DNA of 32,796 nt from positions 1,670,848 through 1,703,643 of the forward strand of contig NC_069003.1 of NCBI RefSeq assembly GCF_001194135.2, read 5' to 3'. Positions within the stretch are counted from its first letter, which is position 1. Each line of letters starts with the position of its first letter. Shown piece by piece: positions 23,501-32,796 of the stretch. The DNA is from Octopus bimaculoides. Its lineage: Eukaryota. A model generated the notes under the pieces. The model did no database searches. It was not told the DNA's origin and saw nothing but the letters and a program-made list of their open reading frames with translations. Made by a program: the position numbers and the translations under genes.

Positions 23501-23724
23501 ATATGTTGGCAAGAGAAAAGTATTATTTTATTTTGCTTGATGCTCTGCAGTATATGTAGAACATATTTGTTTTACAATGCCGTAGCCATCCTGACTGAAC
23601 ATTAAATATGCGTAATAACAATTATGTTCAACCGTTACATTAAAATTATTGAATCTTGACGTTTCATATGTTGACGCTGCTTGTATTGCAAAAGATCAAA
23701 ACAAGGAGGAGGATTATGTAATTC

Positions 23725-23887
23725 ATTTCTACTCAAGGCACAAGGCCCGAAATTTTGGGGAGAGGGCTAGTCGATTAGATAAACCCCAGTACGAATCAAC
23801 CCCAAAAGGATGGAAGGCAAAGTTGACCCCGACGGAATTTGAACTCAGAACATAACGGCAGACGAAATACCACCCGGCGTGATAACG
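23725..23887 (-). mobile_element. SINE family A, older copy with internal deletion, directly abutting the 23888-24122 copy
   Basis: Plus strand shows AAGGCACAAGGCCCGAAATTTTGGGG...AGTCGATTAG...AAAGGATGGAAGGCAAAGTTGACCCCGACGGAATTTGAACTCAGAAC...GACGAAATACC, the reverse complement of the family A body and tail. Confidence 0.85.
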
Positions 23888-24122
23888 TTTCTTATTTCTT
23901 TATTGCCCACAAGGGGCTACAGACAGAGGGGACAAACAAGGACAGACGAAGGGATTAAGTCGATTACATCGACCCCAGTGCGAAACTGGCACTTAATTTA
24001 TCGACCCCGAAAGGATGAAAGGCAAAGTCGACCTCGGCGGAATTTGAACTCTGAACGTAACGGAAGACGAAATACCGCTAAGCCTTTCGCCCGGCACGCT
24101 AACGTTTCTGCCAGCTCGCCGC
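23888..24122 (-). mobile_element. SINE family A, well-preserved copy
   Basis: Minus strand reads GGCGAGCTGGCAGAAACGTTAGCGTGCCGGGCGAAAGGCTTAGCGGTATTTCGTCTTCCGTTACGTTCAGAGTTCAAATTCCGCCGAGGTCGACTTTGCCTTTCATCCTTTCGGGGTCGATAAATTAAGTGCCAG... It has Pol III A-box-like (TGGCAGAAACG) and B-box-like (GAGTTCAAATTCC) motifs and many homologous copies in the window. Confidence 0.9.
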
Positions 24123-24190
24123 CGTAAATGTTATATATATATGTGTATGTATATACAGGCAGGTATGTGTGCTTGTGCAATGTTTGTATG

Positions 24191-24192
<2 letters not shown>

Positions 24193-24277
<85 letters not shown>
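24193..24277. repeat. Pure (GT)n microsatellite
   Basis: Directly visible. Confidence 0.97.
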
Positions 24278-24279
<2 letters not shown>

Positions 24280-24887
24280 GTGTGTGTGTATTTATATATA
24301 AATACCAATTTGCAATATAGTAAACATACATCCTTAACCTTACTTGTTAACCTTCCGTTGGTTCACGTGAACAGATATCTAAAACCAACAGCCTTTAGCC
24401 TATTGGTACCTCGTAACGTTGGTGGCGTTATACATATATTCACACACGCAGACACATACATACACATACACACACGATATATATACTGCACATATTTGAC
24501 AACAGTAAGTTTCAAATATATTTCTGTTTGAACCTTTCATAACTAGAAGCTAACCACCCATAAATTACATTATAGCATTCATTCAATGACCATTTTCTAT
24601 AGATTCAGATTTAGAGATATTTATTTGCCAACGCAGACAGTTATTTCTTATCTTTGATTGCGTCCAACCAGAAATGTAATCATAGATGTATTGATTTTTG
24701 TCAAGGTAGTGTCAAAATGGTGACTTCGTGTATTAAAAAAAAACAGCGATCTCTCTAATAACTCACAGCATGTCGACATCAAGAATAGAAGAACTCTTTG
24801 GATAAAGTAATTCCTTATACAATACGAATTCTAGGCAAAGTTGCGGTGTGACTTCGGGTAGCTGCCTTCTATTTGTCACGTATTCTG

Positions 24888-25105
24888 AAGGTAGTGAGCT
24901 AGTAGAATAGTTTGTACGCCAATCAAAACGCTTAGCAGAATTTCGTTTATGTTTACCTTCTACGTTCAGATACCAGCGATGTCGACTTTGCTTTCTTCCC
25001 TTTCGGTGTCGATAAAATACATACCATAAAATTCCTTTGGGGTCGATATAATATAATTTGCATCCCCCTCAAAAACTGATGGCCATGTTCCAAAATTAGA
25101 AACCG
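24888..25105 (+). mobile_element. SINE family A (diverged, full length)
   Basis: AAGGTAGTGAGCTAGTAGAATAG...AAAACGCTTAGCAGAATTTCG...GATGTCGACTTTGCTTTCTTCCCTTTCGGTGTCGATAAAATAC...TGGGGTCGAT...GGCCATGTTCCAAAATTAGAAA. Confidence 0.78.
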
Positions 25106-25229
25106 TTATCTCTTGTATCTGACTATCAGTTTTGTAGATGATCTTTCTATAACTGTTTTGGTTTGGGTTATTGATTTTGCTGCAGATCGCATTAATATAG
25201 TTCAGTTCATTCTAGATCTGAAATATCAA

Positions 25230-25600
25230 ACGATGGATCAAAATTACGGAGTGTGTGTCCTTCCATACTTAACCGGTACTGATTTGATACAAACTAGCTT
25301 ACTTTTTCTAGTAAGCAGTTGTTTACGTCTCACTAATTGTTGTTATTGTTTTCTCCTATTTCAATCGTCATCTACTAATGGTATTGCCACAATTAATCTT
25401 ACGTGACCATCCTGCCTTTGACTAATGCCATATATCTTATATTTATCCTAGCTTTCATCAGTGTATCAACCTTTACCTTAGACAACAGTGTTCGGGGTTT
25501 TGTGTAGGCTGCTACGAAATTTAATGAGTCACGCATCCAAATTGATATTCCACTTCTTTGAATTGGTTCAATTTATTTTTTTATTGAAGTCTACATTACT
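25230..25600 (-). mobile_element. Possible decayed LINE (RTE/L2-like) RT C-terminal relic
   Basis: Minus-strand QLLTRKSKLVCIKSVPVKYG resembles LSRxTKLxxYKxxIRPVLxYG, and upstream NQFKEVEYQFGCVT weakly resembles EQVxEFxYLGS. Many stops. Confidence 0.3.
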
Positions 25601-26805
25601 GAAAAATTCATTTTACTTTCATTTCTAATCTCACAAACAGCAAGTTGTCGTTTAAGGCTTCTTTCTAGCAGCCAGGACGATCATATAGAAAGGCTAGATC
25701 GTTCTTTCGTCCGATTGTTCGTTTAGTTCGTTAGATTGTTATTCCGTGTACTCTCAAATATCAGTAAGTAAGTTTGTATGTTTACGTAAGGTCAGCCAGT
25801 AGTTGAGTCGGTATAATCAAAGAAATACGATACGATGTTTGAAATAAATGTCAAGAGAGAAAGGAAGAGAGAAGATAACTTGACTGAAATGTTGGGTCTG
25901 GTTTCTAATAGGTTAATTAGAGTTCTAAAGTGTTTGTATTTGGAGGTAAAATACGTGACAAAGGTTAAAGATAAATGTTATGTTCGTGGTTGTCTTAGGG
26001 GTTGGAGAAGGTAATGATGGGATACAAATGGGATATATATGAACACAGAGGTTAGAAAGGTGTCTATCAATTTTACATATAATTTTCACTTGGACGCTTT
26101 TTATATCCCTCTTCTTCGCTGTTTAAGTCTATTCCACCGTTATCTCTCAACATCTCTACCTCCCCCTCTCTCTCCCGGTATAAATACCTCAAATCATAAG
26201 TATATATAAACATATATCTATATATATATACATTCATATGTCATGTTATATATTATATATATATATCTCATATTAAATATATGTAAGTGGTGGGAGAGGG
26301 TTCGTGCGTGTGTGTGTGTATTTGCGCTTGTGTGTATGTGTGTGTATGCGAGTGTGCGTGACTGTGAAAGTATATATACACATGTGAGCAAACATATTCT
26401 ACTTTTCAGATAACATGATAACTAGATTCAACTGATGCGTGTAGACCAGACCGGAAGAGTAAATTATGCCCACATGTAGATTGTTGATACGTATGCACGC
26501 ACACATATACACAAACCACATACACGCGCGTGCGCGTATATAAACATAAATATGTGTGTATGTATGTGTGAATGTATATGAAACTTTAATAGTATTACAC
26601 TGTAGACAAGACTTATGCTCTTTAAAGTAGAGTAAAAACAATTTTTATTCCCCAAAATATCCAAAAAGAAAGTTAAGTGTGAACGGCTTTTATCAAAGGA
26701 GCATCTGTTCACTCAGGTTTCATATAGTGTTAACACGCAGGTCTAGAAAAGTTGACCTGGTCATATGGAGCAGGTGTTATTATCAAGTGAAACCAACGCA
26801 ATTGT

Positions 26806-27698
26806 CTACATTCGTTTCGTGAAACGAGTACAAATAATTTCATCGATATATCCTACGAATCTGTAAACCCTATTAGAAGGAAGTTCTATTCCCGACGGCT
26901 TATCACAAGAATATGTGGTGTGTTCGTCACAATCACATTCTTTAAATGGATTTGTATGTCTTTCCTGGACAGAGCCACATCAAAAACCTCTGAAAGGTGC
27001 GACAATGATAGCTTGGACACGTCCGTCTCTTCTATAGATATCCCACAACTCTGGTATAATTACCTTGGTTTTCTCTATAAGCTTTAGGATTCTGGGATAT
27101 AAAATGTCGAAGGTGATCTATGATGATCATAAGCTGAACAATTTCAGATATCCACAGGAATGTGGAAATTTGGATAACCCAACAATCTGAGTAGTGGAAT
27201 GACAATCTTTTTTATTCGTCCGAGCTGCAACTATGATCACCGAAGACAAAAGACAAAAGAACATACAATGATATCTGGCACACAAAACATGCAAATACAG
27301 GAAGTTAAATGCACATTATGTTTCGTGTAAGTGATTTTGGATAACTAGATCCACTCCAATCCATTAATGCTTCATAAACTTCGCAAATTATGCAGTTAGC
27401 TCTTACATCAAACTTTATTAAATACATTTGATCATTTCTGGTGAAATTGTTTTGGCGTTGTTTTCCAGTCAGTAATCTTAAGCATTCTTCCTCTTTTTTT
27501 CTTTATTCCAGTCCACTTTCTTCAATTTTCTGTAGATTTAGCAGGATATTACGAACCCCACATTCACGTTTTACTATTTATTTCTCGAATAATTTCAGCT
27601 GTTGTTTCACCGAAGACTCTTTTATACCAATTTGTCTTAACTTGCTCTAAAATTGCCAAACATTTATAGTTTTTGTTTTTCTTGTTTGGGGAATTCAT
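26806..27698 (-). mobile_element. Heavily decayed pogo/Tigger-like DNA transposase relic
   Basis: Motifs in the expected order across frameshifts: N-terminal HTH-like KCLAILEQVK...GETTAEIIREIN..ECGVRNILLNLQKIEES, then EALMDW, CGYLKL, YPRILKLIEKTKVIIPELW (cf. NPRALK...K..LPV.W), PFK..VIVTNTPH (cf. PFK.LLILDNAP.H) and LPSN...IDEII (cf. LPPNTT...MDQGII). The first-D (DETG) region appears deleted. No TIRs found. Confidence 0.45.
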
Positions 27699-29509
27699 TT
27701 GCGATAGGTATCTATTTCTATTAGTTTTCCATTATTCATTACGAGATACTTTTATAAAACATTTCTACTTGCACAAGACCGTTTCCCCTTTGATTTAATG
27801 GTACATATTACAGTTACACAGTCTTTCTGTATTTATTCTAAATTCAGTAATGGTTTTAATGGTTTGCCTGTCTTGTCATACTAATTCACTTAGCGCCCAG
27901 TGGAGAATAATATAAGACTAACGTATTATTTGGACAACTAAATTAATGATACCCATTATCTTATTTTCTTCATTTAACTCTGTTTTACGCATTAAACTTG
28001 TAGGTCAATAACATTCGTTTTTAAACTTTCATTTATGTAGTCCGTTAAGCTAATCGCTGAAACCTAATATGTGTGTGTTTGGTAGAATTATTTTAACTCT
28101 GTTTCTTCAGCTAACAAGATATTCGTGTTTTTATTAGGTTTCCCATCACAAAGTATTTTTCTAAACTAAATTGCATAAAAATTCCTCTCATGTACACATG
28201 TACACATTGTTACATTGATTTTCCATTTATTTATTTACTGTACTGAATAGTTTGAAGATATCTATAAAAAAAAAATGGTGTTTGTTTCACTGAGGGAAGT
28301 TGTATCCGATTTCCTTGCGGTTTCGAATGTTAGCAAAATGTGTAAACACAAGTCTGAAAATGAATGGAAAAAAAGATATTTATTTCCTTAAAGGAATATG
28401 ATTTTCTTTCTTACTACATACATCAGTCTTCGGTTCCCCAACGTTCATACATGAACGTGTTTCATGTACCTGCATATTAATGATGTTGTCTTTCCCGATG
28501 CTAAATTTACAAGAATTTTACATCTAAGGAGAGCGATCAAAGACCTGCTGCTGAATTATTCCATGACAAGTTTAGACGATCTCATCTCTCACGGAATATT
28601 TAGATTCGGTTTGGTTTATTTGCCATTGGAGTTTACATTCATATGAAACTTTGTTCACAAAGTGAGACTCTATTGTTTGCTACATTTCTGTAATTAAGGA
28701 TTACTAAACTATAGGTAGGCAAGTTACTCGTGTCTATATTTGGGCTTGCTCTTGCTTGATCTTGGTGAATCCCGTACTTCGCTCCTCAGTAATGCATTCC
28801 TTGTCTGTTGATCTTACGGATACTTGGGGGAGAATATTGACTAATATGTACTTACTGGATATTTTTACCATAAGGTTGGACTTTGCTTCTCATTCCAGCC
28901 GCATTATATTTACCGATGATGTTCAGTGTCTGGGATTCCAGGATTCTTGTGTTGATAAATTCTTTGCAGTTACGTTGTGTTTATGCCTTGGAGTAATATT
29001 CCTGCATGTGGTCTCTTTACTCGCAATAATTCTATATCTCTCAGCTTTGGTAATTTTTTATTCAACTCTTTATTTTTTTTTTTTTTTTAATCTAACGTTT
29101 TTTTTTTTTTTGAGTAGGATTCAAACAGATTAGTTCCTTCCACGAAACTCTCTTGCTGCGAAACACATCTGTTTGAATTAAGAGATACATCTAGTAAGAC
29201 TTCTATAATTTTGGATAAGTTGTTGTTTCTTTTATTTATTTATTTATTTTACGTTTTACTTTTGTTATTGATTCCATTAAGATTTGCGAAATATCTTTAG
29301 ATTTATCTTTTCACTTTTATGTTTGTTTCCACTTTATTTACGTGATATCTGATATTCTGTTACGTGCAATTATACGCAGAACCGACTTTCCTTTGTTACG
29401 TGTGTGCATATACGCGTATATAAATAACCATACACATAAACACATATACTATGAATTCTTCTGCTTGTTTTTCTGATTACTTATAGTATAAACGGATATA
29501 ATATCAGCA

Positions 29510-29620
29510 ATGTCGCCAGGGCGTCAGGTAAAAACTATGAGTGGTCATTCAGACTCCGCTTTCAAATCCCCCTCAGGTCAATGCTACATTTCATCAGTTC
29601 CAGAACGATAAATTATAAAC
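29510..29620 (+). mobile_element. SINE family A, very degenerate copy
   Basis: TTTCAAATCCCCCTCAGGTCAATGCTACATTTCATCAGTTCCAGAACGATAAATTA resembles the B-box plus core of family A. Confidence 0.4.
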
Positions 29621-29679
29621 AATAAATATAGGTGGCGCTTCGGAGCTGTGTGGTCATTCGACACAATACGTTTCAATAT

Positions 29680-29808
29680 ATGTTCTGGTTCTTTGCTTTC
29701 GGAATTCAAATATCGCTTCCTGTCTCCAAAAAGAAAGTAAGACACATGTTCTGGTTCTTTGCTTTCTGAATTCAAATATCGCTCCCTGTCTCCAAAAAGA
29801 AAGGAAGA
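29680..29808. repeat. Two-copy tandem repeat, 66-bp period
   Basis: ATGTTCTGGTTCTTTGCTTTC(G/T)GAATTCAAATATCGCT(T/C)CCTGTCTCCAAAAAGAAAG(T/G)AAGA starts at 29680 and 29746, with 3 mismatches in 63 bp by hand count. Confidence 0.95.
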
Positions 29809-30150
29809 GAGGTTTCACCTCTCTCCGGATTTGCAATCACCAGAAACCAGTAATTAGTAATTACAGATAAATAACTAATAACTTCATTACTATCAATATT
29901 AGTAACTTAGTTTATTTGTCCTGGTCAGAATAATTATAGGAACAACAGGTGCCTCCCCATATCCATCTCAGTGCATAGAATTATATTTTAATTCTAAATA
30001 TCTTTTAATTTCTTGTTTGCTGGTTTCGCTCTTAGTTTATTTTTATATACGTTTTGAGGAATGTGTCATGTGAAACGTGTTTGCTGGTGATTTTCTTTCC
30101 TTTTCACTGTGTAAGTTGAAGTAATTTTCATATAAAACACTGAATATTGT

Positions 30151-30330
30151 GGCACGTCTCTCAATGGTTAGGGGTGTCGGACTCATGGTCGTAATATTAT
30201 GGTTTCGATTCCTGGACCGAGAGATGCGTTGTGTTCTTTGGCAAAATATCATATTACGCATTCCTCAAGTCTACTCCGCTAGAGAAAAATGACTAATATT
30301 TTGTAATCGCAGGAAGCCTGGAAAACTAGA
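30151..30330 (+). mobile_element. tRNA-derived SINE (family C), possibly CORE-type
   Basis: A-box-like TCTCAATGGTTAGG, B-box-like GGTTTCGATTCC (30201-30212), then GCGTTGTGTTCTTTGGCAAAA...CAAGTCTACTCCGCTAGAGAAAAATGA. This resembles the central CORE-like domain I recall from mollusc SINEs (not verified). Confidence 0.65.
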
Positions 30331-31727
30331 TGTAAATGGTGGAAGTGTGCAAAAACAAAATAAAGGGAACTTTTGTTCAGGCAAGGCATAGACCTATCGT
30401 ATTTAGGGGTATTGCCGTTTTGGTTTTTATAGAACGTTGAGTGTTCACTGTTTGTGTTACGTATAATGTGTGACATAATTGGTTGGCACTGAAGTAGAAG
30501 GCAGTCAGATGCGTTGTTGGCGGTACTGTGCCGAAAACCATTTCTATTTGCATTATTTCATTGAGTGATTATTGCATAGAGGATATTGTTTCGCTGTTAA
30601 GATCGATTACGGGATGGCGATTCTTTAGAGTATGTATTATTGGATCTGATGAGAAATCGCCTACGTAGGATGTGATTCAGGTTGATCTTTGTTATAGCTA
30701 ACTCTATAATTCTCATCGATTTTGTTTTAAATATCATGGCCCAGATCTTTCGTATATCTATGTAAAAATCCTTGCCCTTTCGGAGATTTTAGGCTTCCTT
30801 TCGCGTTAACAATTGGTCAAAATGGAACGGAATTTTGTTTCCTCTTCAAATAATTGTATATGATTTATTTGATCCTTTGGTCTCTTTGGACAAGCACTTC
30901 CAATCTTTCTGAGTCCGCATAGTCGTCATGTACTAAATTTAATATAAATCTGTTAATTCTCAGCATTTATGCCTAAATATTGATATAATGTTCAATTAGT
31001 GAATATGAACGTGAACTAAATACACAGCAACTCTGTAGACAGAAGCAATGTTATCATATATTTCTTTATAATATCAATAGAATCCAATATTTACATTTGG
31101 TGTTCGATCTTGATTTATTATTTAATTATTATTGTTAGTCATTTAAGGTTAGGTATTAATTCTGTGCAAAAGAAATTAAGAATCCCATTATATTCTTTAG
31201 TGTACTCCCGAGATTTCTCAAATACAATCTCTTCCTCTTTGCCAAGTTTGAGTAATCATTACTCTTTCAGTTTTCCTCAAAGTTTCTCTGTAACTTATTT
31301 CGGAATTCTATTCTGATATCGGTCATTTTCCTTTATTGGCCTTTAAATGCTTTTTGTTGATTGCACTTAGAATCTAATGTTTCTTTCATTACATAGAAAA
31401 CATTTTCTTTTTTAGTAATCTCGTATCACAGTAAATAGCTTTCTTTTCATTTCTCTCAGTATTTCTTCGTCCCCTGCTGTTACATTGAACTAATTTTCGA
31501 TTTGAATGCATCTCATTCAAACCACGTGCAATATAAATATATTTCATTTCTATCAGTTGGTTCCCGCCGTTCTTATCACTTAATATTTTCTCTCCGAGTT
31601 AGTCACTTCTATTAACTTCTAACACATTTCATTGAAACTGCAATTTATAAAATCAATCACTGAAATATTTACACCAAACGACTTATTTATAGTTTTCAGT
31701 TCAGTTTCTGATATCGATCTGTCGCGT

Positions 31728-31968
31728 CTTTTATCCTTTAGTGTCTCCGTCATCCGACTGCAGCCATGCTGGGGCATCGCATTGAGTTGTTAGTCGAATG
31801 AATCGTCCCGAGGGCTTACCGTTATATCCTAGTAGTTATTCTATCAGCCTATTTTGCCAAAACTTTGTGTTACACGGACGTAAACACACCTACACTTGTT
31901 GATAAGCTGTGGGGAAGACAGATACACACAGAAAAATACACACTCACATAGATATACACACCCAAACG

Positions 31969-32036
<68 letters not shown>

Positions 32037-32185
32037 AGAGGCTTCTTTCAGTTTCCGTCGACAAGATCCAGTCACAAAATCTTTGGTCGACACTAGTTTA
32101 TAGTACAAAACATTCGCCCAATGCGCAACGTAGTGAGACGAAACTCAGAACCATGTGGTTGGGATCAAGCTTCGTTCCTCTCACT
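31728..32185 (-). mobile_element. SINE family B, near full length, with internal (TA)n/(GT)-rich microsatellite
   Basis: On the minus strand: a tRNA-like head (AAGCTTGATCCCAACCACATGGTTCTGAGTTTCGTCTCAC...), a body (GACGGAAACTGAAAGAAGCC), (TA)n at 31972-32034, a GT-rich stretch, then a 3' module (GTGTTTACGTCCGTGTAAC...GGCAAAATAGGCTGATAGAATAACTACTAGG...CCCCAGCATGGCTGCAGTCGGATGAC). The head matches 19159-19258 and the 3' module matches 17330-17545. Confidence 0.85.
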
Positions 32186-32699
32186 CACTCCTTCACCAGT
32201 ATAGTACATATATATGACTCCATTATTTTACTCTAATGTCTAAATTTCGGTCTTTTAATGAATTTGCTTTGTATTTTAATAACATTGACGCATTTGTGTA
32301 TCTCCATATCTATTTGTGTATCCTGCAGACAAAACAGAACAGCTGTTAGTAGATCCGCAATTGTTTATTTACCCCATAAATAGTTCAATCTGTGCATAGA
32401 AAGTTGAAAGTTCACAATTCGTCCATACAATTTATAAACAAAACTAATTTTGTTTTCAGTAGATTGTTTTTAATGAAATCATAGCAAGAGATAATCAGTC
32501 TCAGTGGCTGAATGTCTCATCCATTTGTGGTCATAAGGCTGGCATTAATCATCTATATTTTGCCTTCGAGTGACAGAATTGTTGTTCATATTTGACATTT
32601 TAACACGGCCTATATTTTTAACAGAATATGATTTAATTATGGCGTGTGCTTGCATAAGGTTAGAGATCGATGATACCCCGTCCCTCAATTTATATATGT

Positions 32700-32736
32700 A
32701 TGCGGATATATACGTATGTACATATATGTATATACG

Positions 32737-32796
<60 letters not shown>
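32700..32796. repeat. (TA)n at window end
   Basis: Directly visible. Confidence 0.95.

Noticed and set aside
23649-24180. ORFs at 23649-23855, 23879-24127 and 23998-24180 (also 10185-10536 and the tail of 17230-17535)
   Set aside because: They lie within SINE copies and are chance open frames in GC-richer repeat sequence.
26140-26190. TATAAATA after a CT-rich tract (possible promoter)
   Set aside because: TATA-like words are ubiquitous in this AT-rich sequence and no downstream gene is evident.
28756-29133. 125-aa hydrophobic ORF resembling a membrane protein
   Set aside because: It starts at TTG, its hydrophobic end comes from T-runs, and no family motif is recognisable.
29680-29808. CRISPR-like direct repeat
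   Set aside because: Only two adjacent units, no spacers, no cas genes, and a eukaryotic context.

Overview
This is non-coding-looking, very AT-rich animal genomic DNA, not prokaryotic. It is saturated with (TA)n, (CA)n, (GT)n and triplet microsatellites and has six N gaps (783-bp-scale down to 10 bp), each abutting a dinucleotide tract, as expected of a short-read scaffold. The dispersed repeats match what I recall of octopus/cephalopod SINE families; that taxon call is from memory, not a search. I find no intact protein-coding gene, rRNA, true tRNA or CRISPR array. Almost all supplied ORFs are microsatellite, N-gap or SINE artefacts. Best-supported content: (1) a 5'-truncated R4/Dong-clade non-LTR retrotransposon (C-terminal PD-D restriction-like endonuclease plus 3' UTR) between two (TAA)n tracts at 13532-14040; (2) about a dozen copies of one tRNA-headed SINE family (family A here), plus a second family (B) carrying an internal microsatellite and single copies of two others; (3) decayed coding relics read by eye: a chromodomain (19396-19523, minus), a pogo/Tigger-like transposase (26806-27698, minus) and weaker LINE RT relics; (4) small local duplications and isolated splice-signal candidates, including a 9-nt micro-exon-like signal. 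I found no convincing novel multi-gene system. The most interesting biology is the interplay between retroposons and microsatellites.
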